Below, in pieces: positions 63,601 to 63,985 of a DNA stretch of 63,985 nucleotides. The notes below the pieces were generated by a model. That model had not been told where the DNA came from, did no database searches, and saw only the letters and a program-made list of their open reading frames with translations. Both the position numbers and the translations under genes were made by a program. The stretch covers positions 35,496,928 through 35,560,912 of the forward strand of contig NC_068983.1 of NCBI RefSeq assembly GCF_001194135.2, written 5' to 3'. The DNA comes from Octopus bimaculoides (taxonomy: Eukaryota). The first letter of the stretch is position 1; each line of letters opens with the position of its first letter.

Positions 63601-63985
63601 CTGTGACCACATTGTTCACTCTGCTCTGTTGTCAAATTATCTCATTTTGATTATCTTCTCATAAGGCTATTCCTAATATATTCATGGAAAATTCATGTTT
63701 TTATAACATAATACAAAAAGGGCAGATGTCTTTCCTATCATTCATCATCATCATCATCATCATCGTTTAACGTCCGCTTTCCATGCTAGCATGGGTTGGA
63801 CGATTTGACTGAGGACTGGTGAAACCGGATGGCAACACCAGGCTCCAGTCTGATTTGGCAGAGTTTCTACAGCTGGATGCCCTTCCTAACGCCAACCACT
63901 CAGAGAGTGTAGTGGGTGCTTTTACGTGTCACCCGCACGAAAACGGCCACGCTCGAAATGGTGTCTTTTATGTGCCACCCGCACA

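Overview
AT-rich (~35% GC), repeat-dense animal genomic DNA. The RTE 3' tails ending in (GAT)n, the tRNA-derived SINE families and the large introns look like a coleoid cephalopod, most likely Octopus (recognition-level inference). There are three large N gaps and one 10-N gap. Four host genes can be read by hand, mostly from spliced exons that the ORF track misses. (1) The last exon of a + strand THAP-type zinc-finger gene (1271-1563). (2) A three-exon, 56-aa STMP1-like mitochondrial microprotein gene on the - strand (12731 to 5591). (3) EFCAB10 on the - strand (20830-20387). (4) The trifunctional purine enzyme GART (GARS-AIRS-GART) on the + strand, 18 exons traced with consistent phases (855 codons) and running off the right edge. 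GART's start codon appears split A|TG by a 4.8-kb intron. GART sits head-to-head with EFCAB10, with only ~134 bp between them, and that interval holds an abutting RFX X-box and CACGTG E-box. The GARS/AIRS boundary intron keeps the position and AG|GTAA read-through stop used for the GARS-only isoform in vertebrates. At least eight hammerhead-ribozyme-like motifs of Penelope/retrozyme type are scattered through the window. They include a tRNA-headed hammerhead SINE in foldback form, a tandem retrozyme-like repeat and one fully intact core. All sense-strand copies inside GART carry core G-to-A changes, while the antisense copies keep the core. The rest is decayed RTE, CR1, Tc1/mariner, Helentron-type and SINE material, plus an ORF1/gag-only element.
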